A stretch of DNA of 64,000 nucleotides, from assembly GCA_965217585.1 (NCBI GenBank), contig OZ244561.1, positions 3,904,001 to 3,968,000 on the forward strand. Reading direction: 5' to 3'. The notes below the pieces were generated by a model, which was not told the DNA's origin, searched no databases, and worked only from the letters and a program-made list of their open reading frames with translations. The position numbers and the translations under genes are program-made. The stretch's first letter is position 1. Each line of letters begins with the position of its first letter. This DNA comes from Candidatus Latescibacterota bacterium. Lineage in GTDB: Bacteria > Latescibacterota > UBA2968 > UBA8231. This document shows positions 1 to 11,600 of this stretch, piece after piece.

Positions 1-1998
1 CCCTTTCTGGAAATTCCCAGCGAATTCGGCCCACGCGTCGAGCGAGCCGATCCCATCTCGGGTGACTATTTCAAATCCGGGTCGGGTGGCGGCATCAACC
101 GGATTGACTACGGCAAGATGGTTGACGGCGATCTCTCCACTGCCTTCGGCACGACCAGCACCGACTATCGCGTCGCCGGCATCTACGGCATCCATGGGGG
201 GGGAGCATCCCTCAACCTGATGGGCTTTTACCACATCAATCGCCTTATCTTCCAACCGCGGCCCACCCTGCCCGTCACAACCATCGCCAACTACTTCGTT
301 GTCTACGGCGACCCTACAACCGTCAACTCCACTTTGGCGACCCTCGAAGTAAAGAAGATCCTCGTCCCTGTGACGCGAGAACATACCGATCCAGTCAAGG
401 ACCTGCACTTCGACCCGCCGGTGCTCATAGGCCGACTGGATGTCGCTTCACTCGATTCCAATGGTGATTACAAGGAAACGGCAGAGATAGGCCTCTTCGG
501 CGAGGGCTTCCCCAGCGACGCCTCCTTTACCTCCGAGATCATCGATGTCGGCACCTCCACGCCGCGCGCACGGCGCTACAGCCAACTGCTCGAACTCTTC
601 GATGACGCCGGGTCGGTCGAGGCCGAGTTCCCCGACCGACCCGGCTCGACGGTCAACTGGGGCAAAGTTCGCTGGCGGGGACGCAAAACGGGTTTCGCTG
701 GCGATGTACGCATCCAGTTCCGCGCCGGCGATGCACCCAACATGCACATCTACGCTCGCGATAGCGGTGCCAATGAGATCGATACCCGCGGCGAGGACGA
801 TCAGCCGCTCGACGCCTTCTCCTGGCTCAAACTGCGCCAAGGCCGCATCCCCGAGGCCAAACTTCGCTACAATGAACTCGGTGCAGATTTGGGCAGCGAC
901 GGCCCGAAGGGTTGGAGTTTCTGGTCGGCCCCCTTCAGTTTCGAGGACGGGCTCATCGACGAGCGCCTCCCCGAAGAGCGCTGGTCCGAGGCGGGCGTGT
1001 CCCTGCCGCTACCTACTGGCACCCGCTATCTGCAGTTCCGCATCCTCTTCGACAGCACTATCGAGAGCGCAGTTGCGCTCGACTATATCGAATTCGACTA
1101 CGACGAGCCCCTAGTCTCGGGCGGCGTGGTCGCCGAGGTCTTTCCGCCGCGCGTCGCGCTGGGCGAGGAAGCGTCCTTGCGCTACTTCCTGCGGCCTTTT
1201 TTCGCCGATGAAGAAGAAGGGGGGTTCAATCGCATCGAACTGACGGTACCCGACGCTTCAACCCGGATCGACACTTTCAAGTTCGATGGCCGCGCTTGGG
1301 AAGAAGTCGCCGTACCCACCGGAACTAACGCCGAAGACCCACTGCTCCAAGTCGAGCCGCTGCGTCTGGAGCCCGAACCGGACAGTCCTTTCGTCGTCGG
1401 CCAGTTCGCTCAGACCATCGTCTCGGACCCCCGGACCGGCGAGACTCGGCTGTTGGTCAAGTTCCCGTTGCTAGGGGCCTCCGACTTCAAGGCCCGTCAG
1501 AGCATCGAGATCGACTTGCGGACGCGGCTCTTTCGCGGCTCGGCTCGCTTTGAAGGATCGGTGTGGAACGACCGCCTCGCCACGCGGGAGGCGACGATTC
1601 CCCAGCTAGTGCGCGACGGCGACGCGGTACAGCAAGTGGCTACCAACGCGACGCTGGTCGTCGTCGACGATATCCAGGCGCACCGCCTGCAGGTTCAGGC
1701 CACCCCCAACCCCTTTACGCCCAATGGCGACGGCATAAACGACGCGATCGAATTCGCCTTCGACCTCTTTCTGGTCTTAGACCAAGTCGAAGTCGCGGTG
1801 GAAATACTCGACCTGTCGGGGCGCAGGATGCACCGCGTCGGGCCGGTATCGCGCACGGCAGGTCAGACGAAACTCGAGTGGGACGGTCGCAACGCGGCGG
1901 GCCATCTTCTAATGCCGGGCCTCTACCTCTATCGCCTGCAAGTCGCCGCCGACCAAACAGCTGCCGAGGCCCTCGGCGTCCTCTCGCTGGTGTACTAA
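1..1998 (+). CDS. Large secreted protein with C-terminal FlgD Ig-like domain (5'-partial; frame open from base 1)
   Basis: No stop upstream of 118 in frame 1; C-terminus PNPFTPNGDGIND...WDGRN...PGLYLY; shares FTSEIIDVG / WSFWS / EVFP / DGDA blocks with paralogs in window. Confidence 0.8.
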   Translation, partial: PFLEIPSEFGPRVERADPISGDYFKSGSGGGINRIDYGKMVDGDLSTAFGTTSTDYRVAGIYGIHGGGASLNLMGFYHINRLIFQPRPTLPVTTIANYFVVYGDPTTVNSTLATLEVKKILVPVTREHTDPVKDLHFDPPVLIGRLDVASLDSNGDYKETAEIGLFGEGFPSDASFTSEIIDVGTSTPRARRYSQLLELFDDAGSVEAEFPDRPGSTVNWGKVRWRGRKTGFAGDVRIQFRAGDAPNMHIYARDSGANEIDTRGEDDQPLDAFSWLKLRQGRIPEAKLRYNELGADLGSDGPKGWSFWSAPFSFEDGLIDERLPEERWSEAGVSLPLPTGTRYLQFRILFDSTIESAVALDYIEFDYDEPLVSGGVVAEVFPPRVALGEEASLRYFLRPFFADEEEGGFNRIELTVPDASTRIDTFKFDGRAWEEVAVPTGTNAEDPLLQVEPLRLEPEPDSPFVVGQFAQTIVSDPRTGETRLLVKFPLLGASDFKARQSIEIDLRTRLFRGSARFEGSVWNDRLATREATIPQLVRDGDAVQQVATNATLVVVDDIQAHRLQVQATPNPFTPNGDGINDAIEFAFDLFLVLDQVEVAVEILDLSGRRMHRVGPVSRTAGQTKLEWDGRNAAGHLLMPGLYLYRLQVAADQTAAEALGVLSLVY

Positions 1999-2002
1999 CG
2001 TG

Positions 2003-5000
2003 ATGCGCCCGATCCTCGCCGTCCTGATCCTCACCACGGCCGTCTGCGGCCAGGGATACCGCCTAACCGCAGACGCCATCCGCGTTGACCGCAGCGAGCA
2101 CTGGCGCGAGTGGATATTCCAAAACGACGTAGTGCGCACCCTCAACGAGCGGGCTGACTCCACCGGCCTGTTCTTGTTGTCGGACGACGGTGTGCAACCC
2201 CGACTCGTCGCGAAAGTGGCCAACGCCGCGCTCGCCGCCGGGCAGTTCCGTTACCTCGATGCCGTGCGCACTGACGGTGAGACCGTACGGGGAGGAGCCA
2301 CAGCGCTGAGCAACGACCGGATCGCGTCGCGGCTCATTGACGGCGACCTAGACACCTTCTGGGAGCCCGCTGCCGCGGACTTTTCCGCCGAAGGGCTGCG
2401 CAATTGGGAATTGCTAGTCGACCTCGGCCGTCTAGCCTTCATCGACAGCATCACGGTCTCCTTTCCCGCCGGGGACGCGCCCAAGGCTTTCTCGCTCCTC
2501 GTCTCCCTCGGAGAGCCATTTCCCTTTCCCGACGGCAATAGTCTCAGTTTCTCACTAGTGGCCGAGACCAAAGCGACGGACTTGGCCCCTCCCGGAGCCG
2601 ATGGCCTCGTGCGGCAGTCCTATCCTATAGAGCCTCTTTTGCGCGCCGACTTCAATCTGGACGGACAGCCAGATTTGCGAGGATCTTTTCTTCAGTACAT
2701 ACGCCTGAAGATTACCGAGTCCGATCTCGAACGCCACCGCTTCGTCGGCGAGGGGGACTCCGGCTTCGGCACCTATCAGGCGTTATCGCCTGAGCGGTGG
2801 GGCGCGGTGGTCCACCAGCGTCTGACGGCGGGGGGCTTTCTCATCGAGATCGACGAGGACACCTATTTCAACGACGTGCCCGAAGCGCAGCGGGGACCTA
2901 TCCGCTACTTCGAGCGCGAAGTGCCGCGCGTTGCCGAAATACAGGTCTGGACCAAGGGGGACAACCTAGCCCTCAACCCTCGACAGCGCGCCGGGGACTC
3001 CTACGAAATAGGCGGTCGGGGCACGCCCAATCAAGCCACCGATGGGCTCTACCAGACCGAGTGGACGGCTTGGGGCTACAATCCGACCATCGTTCGCGGC
3101 ACCATGTGGCTGGACCTAGGTGCAACCTTCTGGATCGATGGGCTCTACGTGGTGACGCGCCGTCAGCGCAACAACACGGCCTTCTCTGGTCATGGATTCC
3201 TCGTCTCCGACGGCACCCAAGTCAAACCCGTGCAACTGGCCACCGCCGAGGACTTCGACCAACTCGAAGAGGCGTTGCTGTGGCACGATATCATCAGCGA
3301 GGATAAGTTCGACAACCGCCAGGCTAGGGTGCTGATGTTCGGCGAGGAGTTCGCGCCGCGCAAGATTCGCTTTATGCAGGTCCGCAACCTCTTTGGCGGC
3401 GAAGGCGGCGACGGCGGCCGCCTCGCCGAAATGCAGCTCTACGGCGTCGGCTACCCAGTCGATATCTCGCTGCACTCGCCGCCGATCCGCCTCACCGATG
3501 CCCGCGGCAACTTCGTGCGCAAGACGCTGCCGCGGATCGCATGGAGCGCCGCTGCCGTCGTACGAGACGAAGACCCCCTCACCGGCCAAATCGTCGAGCG
3601 CATCGAGCCGTTGGATCAGCACCCCGAAATCCGCCTCGATATTCAGACCCGCACTTCCGACCATACCGATACCAACTTCACCTATTTTGAGGTAGTCGAG
3701 ATTGGCGGTACTGAAGAGCGAAGCGAAGTAAGCAGGGAAGCCTACGACGTCCTAGCGCTGCAATGGGCAGCGTGGGAGTACTGGCAGACCCTACCAGCCA
3801 GTCGACAGCACGTCTCGCGCGAAGACGACGACGCAGACGGTAGCACCGACGAGGATCCCATCGACTTCATCGACAACGACGGCGACGGTCTCATCGACGA
3901 GGACGGCCGCAAACTGCGCCGGGCACCGCGCTCTAGTTTTGCCAAAGACGGCGAACTGGCCTTTGTCGGCTGGAGCGAATGGAGCGAGAACTACCAGCCC
4001 ACGGACGGCCGCAGCGAAGCCACCATCACTTCGCCTAGCCCGCGCAAATTTGTCCAGATTCGCTTCAAGATCTCTTCTAAAGATCCGTTTAAGACGGCGA
4101 GAATTCGCTCGTTCCACATCGATCTGGCCCCGCCGCTGGCGCTGGAACTGGCCGGCGAACTGGCGCTTGTGAGTCCACAGGGCACGGCGCGGCCCATTGG
4201 CGACCTCGGTGCCGAGCCTGGGGACTACGGTCCGCCGCGGGGCATTAACCCGCTGGCCCCGCAGCGCTTTTCATATTTCGCACGCCTCGCCGCGCCCGAT
4301 CCCGACGACCCGACCGTTCGCGACGGCGTTAACGAGATATTGATCATCGCCCCCCAAGCGGCCGAGCCGCTGGGAGTGCGCATTGGCTGGGTCGAGGTCG
4401 AGCGGCAGGCCTCTGATTTCGACCCGGCGGTTTTCTCGACCCGCGTCCTCAAAACCCGCTTCGACCGAGTCTTTGCGCCCGATTCCGACGGCCGCTTACA
4501 GGACGCCGATGGCCGGACCATAGCGATTCTGCCGACCGGCCCCGACTCGCTTTATTTGCGCTTCCCCGCCTCGCTCAACGCCGATCTGCCCCTGGACGTC
4601 CACTCCCTAGTCGAGGTGCAATTCGCCTCGCGTGCCTTCCGCGAGGGGGCACTCTTTCCTGCCTTCGCCCGTTCTTCGACTGATCCTGCGGGCTTTTTCC
4701 AGCGCGTCGATGCGGAAGCGCAGGACGCCACAGAGCTAGTCGCCAGCGGCACGGCACGCGTCTCGTTGCAAACGGTCGGTCGCCGGTTAATAAACGATGT
4801 GCAGGTAGCCCGCGTTTTTACTCCGAACGGCGATGGGGTCAACGACCTGCTCCAGGGCCGTTTCGTGCTTTTGCGGATATTGGCAGAGCGGCGGCTGGAC
4901 ATCGCCTTCTACGATTTGGCAGGGACGTTGCGAGGACGCGCCGGAAGCGACCTAGGGCAGGCCGGTCAGTGGAATTTCGCTTGGGACGGCCGCGACGAGC

Positions 5001-5101
5001 ACGGACAGTTGGTGCCGCCGGGGATCTACCTGTGCCGGATCAAGATCGCGGCGGACCGGGGTGCCGAAGAGGCGCTCTTTCCGGTTCACGTGGCTTATTA
5101 A
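2003..5101 (+). CDS. Large secreted protein, discoidin-like N-terminal part, Asp-rich Ca-binding repeat, C-terminal FlgD Ig-like domain
   Basis: Signal peptide MRPILAVLILTTAVCG; LIDGDLDTFW; DDDADGSTDED..DNDGDGLIDED; FTPNGDGVND..WDGRD..PGIY. Confidence 0.8.
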   Translation: MRPILAVLILTTAVCGQGYRLTADAIRVDRSEHWREWIFQNDVVRTLNERADSTGLFLLSDDGVQPRLVAKVANAALAAGQFRYLDAVRTDGETVRGGATALSNDRIASRLIDGDLDTFWEPAAADFSAEGLRNWELLVDLGRLAFIDSITVSFPAGDAPKAFSLLVSLGEPFPFPDGNSLSFSLVAETKATDLAPPGADGLVRQSYPIEPLLRADFNLDGQPDLRGSFLQYIRLKITESDLERHRFVGEGDSGFGTYQALSPERWGAVVHQRLTAGGFLIEIDEDTYFNDVPEAQRGPIRYFEREVPRVAEIQVWTKGDNLALNPRQRAGDSYEIGGRGTPNQATDGLYQTEWTAWGYNPTIVRGTMWLDLGATFWIDGLYVVTRRQRNNTAFSGHGFLVSDGTQVKPVQLATAEDFDQLEEALLWHDIISEDKFDNRQARVLMFGEEFAPRKIRFMQVRNLFGGEGGDGGRLAEMQLYGVGYPVDISLHSPPIRLTDARGNFVRKTLPRIAWSAAAVVRDEDPLTGQIVERIEPLDQHPEIRLDIQTRTSDHTDTNFTYFEVVEIGGTEERSEVSREAYDVLALQWAAWEYWQTLPASRQHVSREDDDADGSTDEDPIDFIDNDGDGLIDEDGRKLRRAPRSSFAKDGELAFVGWSEWSENYQPTDGRSEATITSPSPRKFVQIRFKISSKDPFKTARIRSFHIDLAPPLALELAGELALVSPQGTARPIGDLGAEPGDYGPPRGINPLAPQRFSYFARLAAPDPDDPTVRDGVNEILIIAPQAAEPLGVRIGWVEVERQASDFDPAVFSTRVLKTRFDRVFAPDSDGRLQDADGRTIAILPTGPDSLYLRFPASLNADLPLDVHSLVEVQFASRAFREGALFPAFARSSTDPAGFFQRVDAEAQDATELVASGTARVSLQTVGRRLINDVQVARVFTPNGDGVNDLLQGRFVLLRILAERRLDIAFYDLAGTLRGRAGSDLGQAGQWNFAWDGRDEHGQLVPPGIYLCRIKIAADRGAEEALFPVHVAY

Positions 5102-5131
5102 CCGAGCAATGTCGCGGCGATTTCGCTCGTC

Positions 5132-5611
5132 TTACCCTTCTTCCCGCACCCAAGTTCCGCTCCGCCCTCCCCGCTTCTCCATTAGCCGCAATTCGGAAAT
5201 CACCATCCCCCGATCGACGCCCTTGCACATGTCGTAAATGGTCAAAAGCGCCGTGCTCGCCGCCACTAGCGCCTCCATTTCCACGCCCGTGCGATCGTCA
5301 ATTTTGGCCTCTGCCTCGACCTCGACCCGATCCTCGCCGATGTGCAAATCTACGCTGACCGCAGTGAGGTTGAGCGGGTGGCACAAGGGAATTAACTCCC
5401 CCGTCCGTTTGGCGGCCATGATCCCGGCCAGCCGCGCCGCTTCCAAGACGTTGCCCTTGGCGACTTTATTCTCAGCGATCAGCCGCGCCGTCGCGCGGTC
5501 CATGCGGATCTCGCCGCGCACCCGCGCCAGCCGCGCCGTCGGCTCCTTGCCGCCTATATCGACCATTTTGAGGCGGCCCTGCTCGTCGAGGTGGGTCAGC
5601 GCGTCGGCCAC
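5132..5611 (-). CDS. moaC: Cyclic pyranopterin monophosphate synthase MoaC
   Basis: LTHLDEQGRLKMVD, LIPLCHP, TGVEMEAL, TIYDMCK motifs; GTG start at 5611 overlaps icd stop. Confidence 0.95.
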   Translation of the reverse strand: MADALTHLDEQGRLKMVDIGGKEPTARLARVRGEIRMDRATARLIAENKVAKGNVLEAARLAGIMAAKRTGELIPLCHPLNLTAVSVDLHIGEDRVEVEAEAKIDDRTGVEMEALVAASTALLTIYDMCKGVDRGMVISELRLMEKRGGRSGTWVREEG

Positions 5612-6864
5612 TACATGTTCTCGATAATTGCTGCGCCGAACTCCGAGCACTTGACCTCGGTCGGCTCGTCCATTAATCGCGCAAAGTCGTAGGTGACGAC
5701 CCGGTTCGCAATCGCCTGCTCTAGCCCCTTGACGATCAGGTCGGCCGCCTCGGTCCAGCCTAAGTGGCGGAGCATCATGTCGCCCGACAGGATCACCGAA
5801 CCGGGGTTGACCTTGTCTTGGCCGGCGTATTTGGGAGCGGTGCCGTGGGTGGCCTCAAAGATGGCGTGGCCAGTGGTGTAGTTGATGTTGCCGCCTGGCG
5901 CGATGCCGATGCCGCCGACGCAGGCGGCCAGCGCGTCGCTGATGTAATCGCCGTTGAGGTTCATCGTGGCGATGACCGAGTACTCGGCCGGGCGCGTGAG
6001 GATCTGCTGTAAAAAGGCGTCGGCGATCACGTCCTTGACGGTGATCTGGGTACCGTCAACGACGATGCTAGTCCAAGGGCCGCCGTCGATCTCTGCGCCG
6101 CCATAAGCCTTTTGCGCCACCTCGTAGCCCCAGTCGCGGAAGGCCCCTTCGGTGAACTTCATGATGTTGCCTTTGTGTACCAAGGTGACGCTATCGCGGC
6201 CTTGGGCGGCGGCGTAGTCAATGGCGGCGTGGACCAGACGCTCAGTACCCTCCTGTGAGATCGGCTTGACGCCCAAGCCAGCGGTATCTGGAAAGCGAAT
6301 CTTGCCGTAGCGATCGGCAAAGTGCTCTGCAAGCAGAGCCTTAAAGCGCGCGTTGTCGTCCGTGCCTTCCTCGAACTCGATCCCGGCGTAGATATCTTCG
6401 GTGTTTTCGCGGAAGATGACCATATCCACCAGTTCTGGTTGCCGCACCGGCGAGGGCACGCCGCTGAAGTAGCGCACGGGGCGCAGACACACATAGAGGT
6501 CGAGTATCTGGCGCAAAGCCACGTTGAGGCTGCGGATCCCGCCGCCGACCGGCGTCGTCAGCGGCCCTTTGATGCCGACCAGATAGGTATTGAAGGCCTC
6601 CACCGTGGCGTCGGGCAGCCAGCTAGCGGTCTGCTCGAATGCCTTCCCACCGGCCAAGACCTCCATCCAGGCGATCCTCCGCTGACCGCCAGAAGCCTTT
6701 TCGACGGCTGCGTCGAAAACGCGCACGGCCGCCGCCCAGATATCCGGCCCAGTGCCGTCGCCTTCGATAAAGGGGATGATGGGCTGGTCTGGAACGCTGA
6801 GCGCGCCATCCACTAAGGTTATTTTTTCGCCGTTTGCGGGGGCCTTGGGCTGCCAATCGGCCAT
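5611..6864 (-). CDS. icd: NADP-dependent isocitrate dehydrogenase
   Basis: [59 protein letters not shown]. Confidence 0.97.
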   Translation of the reverse strand: MADWQPKAPANGEKITLVDGALSVPDQPIIPFIEGDGTGPDIWAAAVRVFDAAVEKASGGQRRIAWMEVLAGGKAFEQTASWLPDATVEAFNTYLVGIKGPLTTPVGGGIRSLNVALRQILDLYVCLRPVRYFSGVPSPVRQPELVDMVIFRENTEDIYAGIEFEEGTDDNARFKALLAEHFADRYGKIRFPDTAGLGVKPISQEGTERLVHAAIDYAAAQGRDSVTLVHKGNIMKFTEGAFRDWGYEVAQKAYGGAEIDGGPWTSIVVDGTQITVKDVIADAFLQQILTRPAEYSVIATMNLNGDYISDALAACVGGIGIAPGGNINYTTGHAIFEATHGTAPKYAGQDKVNPGSVILSGDMMLRHLGWTEAADLIVKGLEQAIANRVVTYDFARLMDEPTEVKCSEFGAAIIENM

Positions 6865-6963
6865 AGGATAAAACTCCTCGTGTCTTTTATTTGTGTAAGG
6901 AATAATCGGCCCGATTCGACCGCTGTGGCTGCGCTCGGGGCCTGCCTGTTGTGGCTTTTGAAT

Positions 6964-7641
6964 CTAAGGATTTCGCTCGAGACGGCCAATGCAAGACGCC
7001 AAGGCACTGCGCTCGACCTCGACCAGCTCGCAGGCGAATACATCGGCGTAGGCGCGTAGCAGTTCAGACTCGACTTCGCTCCGATCCAACGCGCGCCCCA
7101 AGAGCGCGGCCATCGTAGTTATCTCCTCGCTCCCCAAGCCGCAGGGCTTGATCGCCGCAAAGTAGCGCAAGTCGGTAGCCACATTCAGGGCCAGACCGTG
7201 CGCCGTGATCCAGTGCCGCACATGGACGCCGATCGACGCTACCTTGGACGAGCCGACCCAAGCGCCCGTCAAGCCGCGCCGAGCCTCTCCCTCCAAGCCA
7301 TAGGCACCCAAGGTGCGGATCAGCACAGTCTCCAAATCGCGCAAGTACTGATGTACATCCCGACCGCGCTGACGCAGATCGACGATCGGATAGCCCACGA
7401 TCTGGCCCGGCCCGTGAAACGTCACGCTGCCCCCGCGATCAATCGCGACCACATCTAGCCCTTGGGTTAGGAGATGCTCGGGCAGCGTCGCTCGTCCGCC
7501 GGTATAGGTTGGCGGGTGTTCGACCAGCATCAGCGTATCCGGAATTTGCTCGGCTCGCCGCAATTGGCGCAGCGCCTCTTGCCAAGCCCAAGCCCGAGCG
7601 AATTCGATCCGCCCGACACGGCAAACGCGCGTTTCATTCAT
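6964..7641 (-). CDS. lipB: Lipoyl(octanoyl) transferase LipB
   Basis: EHPPTYTGGR, DRGGSVTFHGPGQIVGYPI, KVASIG, HGLALN, IKPCGL; start moved to ATG 7641. Confidence 0.93.
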   Translation of the reverse strand: MNETRVCRVGRIEFARAWAWQEALRQLRRAEQIPDTLMLVEHPPTYTGGRATLPEHLLTQGLDVVAIDRGGSVTFHGPGQIVGYPIVDLRQRGRDVHQYLRDLETVLIRTLGAYGLEGEARRGLTGAWVGSSKVASIGVHVRHWITAHGLALNVATDLRYFAAIKPCGLGSEEITTMAALLGRALDRSEVESELLRAYADVFACELVEVERSALASCIGRLERNP

Positions 7642-7816
7642 GGGTGGTTTCTTTTTTCGCAGAACGCCGACTAGGGAATGGCCCGGAGTCATAAAGCCAC
7701 TTCCCCCATCGTCCTTCACAATATACTTTCTTCGCAAAGGAACCGCTCATGCTCGTCAGATAACTGCTGGATTCCTTTCGTTAGACCGGTTCCTGAGAAA
7801 TAGGAAGACTTCGACC

Positions 7817-8620
7817 ATGGAAAACGACGCCTATCCCGAGTTGACTGATCTCAACATCCGGTTGCAGGAGCTGGAGAGCCAAGGGTACACCGTGTTCCCC
7901 GATTATCTCGACCATGACACTACAGCCGCAGTGCGCGCCCATATCGACAGCCTCGTCGGACCCATTGTGTCCGCCGATCACAACACCGCTAGGCACGGTC
8001 TGCGGCATCCCATTCCAGGGGCGATCATGTCCCGCTTAGTGAACAATCCCGCGACCCTTGAACTCGCTGCAACATTGATCGGGTCGCGGGAGCTTCGCAT
8101 GCGCGAACAAGTTTTCATCCGCAGCGATCCTTCGCCGCCGCCATACCAAGCTCCGCAATGGCACATCGATGCGGCCTTTTGCCGCGCAGAGTTTGCAGCT
8201 AAGCCGCGACAGGTCTATTACCAGATGCTGCATTACTGCAGTACGGTTTCTGCCGGAGGGGCTGCGTTTATGATCGTGCCCGGCTCACACAAGTTGTCTC
8301 TCGCAGCCAGCGATAAAGCAGAGCAGGAGCAGGGACGGCAACCCATTCCCAGTCACACCGCCTCAGTCCCCGACGCAAATGACGACGACGGCATCGAAAT
8401 TTGCGCCAACGATGGCGATCTCATCGTCTTCAATCCCCTGTGTTATCACTCCAGTTCTCCCAACCGAACGGATCAGCCCCGCTTCGTATATTTTACTTCG
8501 TTTTATCACCCCTCAGCGGCTCGCTTAGTGGAACTAGTGCGCAGGACCAAGTATCGCGATAACTTTCCCGACTCACTGCGCCAAGGCTTGCCACCCGAAC
8601 TTCAGAGCTTGCTCGATTAG
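7817..8620 (+). CDS. Phytanoyl-CoA dioxygenase (PhyH)-family Fe/2OG dioxygenase
   Basis: GYTVFPDYL, WHID (HxD), IVPGSH, GDLIVFNPLCYH..N...PR; ATG 7817 with AGGAAG upstream. Confidence 0.85.
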   Translation: MENDAYPELTDLNIRLQELESQGYTVFPDYLDHDTTAAVRAHIDSLVGPIVSADHNTARHGLRHPIPGAIMSRLVNNPATLELAATLIGSRELRMREQVFIRSDPSPPPYQAPQWHIDAAFCRAEFAAKPRQVYYQMLHYCSTVSAGGAAFMIVPGSHKLSLAASDKAEQEQGRQPIPSHTASVPDANDDDGIEICANDGDLIVFNPLCYHSSSPNRTDQPRFVYFTSFYHPSAARLVELVRRTKYRDNFPDSLRQGLPPELQSLLD

Positions 8621-8678
8621 TATTCAATACGCCACCTGCACGACTCCTTTGGGTGTGGACAACAAGGAGCTAGAAGCT

Positions 8679-11600
8679 ATGAGCGCATGGAGCCGGCAAG
8701 TTGTGAAATTGGTGACCGGAGGTCTCCTCGGGCTGGTGTTGTTGAGCGGGCGGAGTGGGGCGATAGCATCCGAGCCGCAGCTTGAGGGCTGGGTGCGGCT
8801 GGCCTCCGGGCAGCCGGCGGCCGGAGTGCAGGTGCGGCTTTTCAATCTGACCGATCCGCGCCGCTCGGTCGGCACCATTTCGGATGAGGAAGGGTACTTC
8901 GCGCTAGCCGCTCCCCGCTCAGCCAATGCTCGCCCTCAAGGCTTCGCGCTGCTACAGAACTATCCCAATCCGTTCAATCCTTCCACAATTATTCCCTACC
9001 AACTACCGGCACCGACTCACGTGCGGCTGGAGGTCTTCAATGTGCTTGGGCAACACGTCGCCACTTTGATAGATCGGGAACAAGTAGCCGGCTGGCACAC
9101 GGCGACTTGGCACGGTACAGATGCAGCCGGTCGCGCTATGGCAGCGGGGCTTTATCTCTATCGCATCCGTGGGACCGGGCCTAGTGAAACCCGGCGGATG
9201 GTGCTCGTCGATGGACCGGTCAATGCTCCGAGAGCGGCGGTCGCCGCCGAGCCTCCGACGAGATCGGCGGCACCCGAGCCGACCTACGGGCTGACCGTCT
9301 CGGGCCGCGATGTGGTCACCCATGTGGACCCGGACTTCCGGGCCGGCGTCGGACCGGTGGAGATCGTGGTCGAAGCACAGACCAGCGCCACCGGACTGGC
9401 CGCGATGAAGGTGACCACAAAGGACAGGATCTGGGGCGACGTAGATGCCAATGGCCAAGTTGACATTTTTGACGCGCTTCTAGTGGGGTTGTACAGCCTT
9501 GATCCCTCAATTTCCATCCCCAACGATGGCGATATCTCTCTAGGCGATGTGAACCGCGACGGCCTCATAGACATCACTGATGCTTACCTCATCGCCACCT
9601 ATAGCGTCAATCCGACCGACCCCTCGTTGCCGGCGGGGATCGGCACCCCGGTGGTCGTTGTCGCCGAGGGCAAGATGTACTGGGTGGACGCGAGTCGGAT
9701 TGGGGCTAAAATTCAGCGGGCAAACCTCGACGGATCACAAATCGAAACCCTCGTCTCCACCGGGTTGCAGGAGCCGACAGACCTAGCCTTGGATCTAGTC
9801 GGAGACAAGATGTACTGGGTGGATCAGGGTACGGGTAAGATTCAGCGGGCAAACCTCGACGGATCACAAATCGAAACCCTCCTCGCCGAGCGATTCGATA
9901 TACGGAGCTTGGTCCTAGACGTCGCCGGGGGTAAGATGTATTGGATAGACGCGGTCATCGGGGGGCCTAAAATTCAGCGGGCTAATCTCGACGGATCACA
10001 AATCGAAACCCTTCTCGCCGCTGGATTGCGCACTCCACGAGCTCTGGCTATAGACGTCGCCGGGGGTAAGATGTATTGGATAGACGCGGTCATCGGGGGG
10101 CCTAAAATTCAGCGGGCAAACCTCGACGGATCACAAGCCGAAGCCTTCGTCGTCTCCGGATTGGATAGTCCAGAGAGCTTGGTCCTGGACCTTGCCAAGA
10201 GCAAGATGTACTGGACGGATTCATTCACGAATAAGATTCAGCGAGCCAACCTCGATGGATCACAAATCGAAGACCTCGTCTCCACTGGACTAGACGCTCC
10301 AAGCGGCCTAGCGCTGGATGTCGTTGGGGGTAAGATATATTGGACTGATGTGGTAAAGGACAAGATTCAGCGAGCCAACCTCGACGGATCACAAATCGAA
10401 GACCTCGTCTCCACTGGACTGCGAGTTCCATGGGATCTAGCTCTGGAGTTGGCCTACATGCCCTCCGAAGTCAGTGTGAATCGTCCGCCGGTATTGGACG
10501 GCATCCGCAAGCAGAGTGTTGCAGAGGGAGACCTCCTTCGCATCGACTTAGTCGCCCGCGACCCAGAGGGGGCTGAGGTCACCTATGAGGCGCAGTCCAA
10601 CGCTCCCGGCGTGGCGACGGTGAGCGTGTCCGGTCGCCAGATGACGATCACCCCAGTAGAGCTTGGCGTTGCCACGGTAGCGGTGATGGCGAGCGATGCT
10701 AGCGGCGCGACCACCACGCAGACCTTTACGGTGAAAGTGACGGCACCCGCACCCGAGAGCCGGGGTAAAATGTATTGGACTGATGTGGGCACGAACAAGA
10801 TTCAGCGCGCTAACCTCGACGGTTCCCAAATCGAAGACCTCGTCACAGCCGGATTGGATTTTCCAAGCGGCCTCGCGCTGGATGCCGCTAGGGGTAAGAT
10901 GTACTGGATAGACACGGGCACGAACAAGATTCAGCGCGCTAACCTCGACGGTTCCCAAATCGAAGACCTCCTCTCCACCGAATTGAACTTTCGACAGGCT
11001 CTGGCTCTCGACCTGGACGGCGGCAAGATGTACTGGACGGACGAGTGGACCACAAGAAAGATTCAGCGCGCTAACCTCGACGGATCACAAGTCGAAGACC
11101 TCCTCTCCGATAGGAGTAATCCGGCGGGTCTTGCTCTCGACTTGGCTACAGGCAAGATGTACTGGACGGACACCGGTCGCTCTCGCATAGTGCGGACCAA
11201 CCTCGACGGTTCCCAAATCGAAGACCTCGTCACCCGATCATTGAACATTCCACAAGCCCTAGCCCTCGATTTGGCGAGAGGCAAGATGTACTGGATGGAT
11301 CCAGGCACGATAAGGATTCAGCGCGCTAACCTCGACGGATCGCAGGTCGAAGACCTCGTCGTCACCGGATTGGATTATCCAGATGGCCTAGCCCTCGATT
11401 TGGCTGGGAGTAAGATGTACTGGACAGACGCGGGCACAAACAAAATTCAGCGCGCCAACCTCGACGGGACTCGAATCGAAGACCTCGTCATCGGCTTGAG
11501 CGATCCAGTGGGCTTGGCCTTAGACATCCTCACCCCAGATCTGGTAGCCGCGTCGCCTTCGGCGAACCCGCCCAACCCGGCCCCAAGTCAATCCTTCACC

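Noticed and set aside
9670-11525. Diversity-generating retroelement or CRISPR-like repeats
   Set aside because: Repeats are in-frame YWTD blades; differences are not adenine-specific and there is no reverse transcriptase
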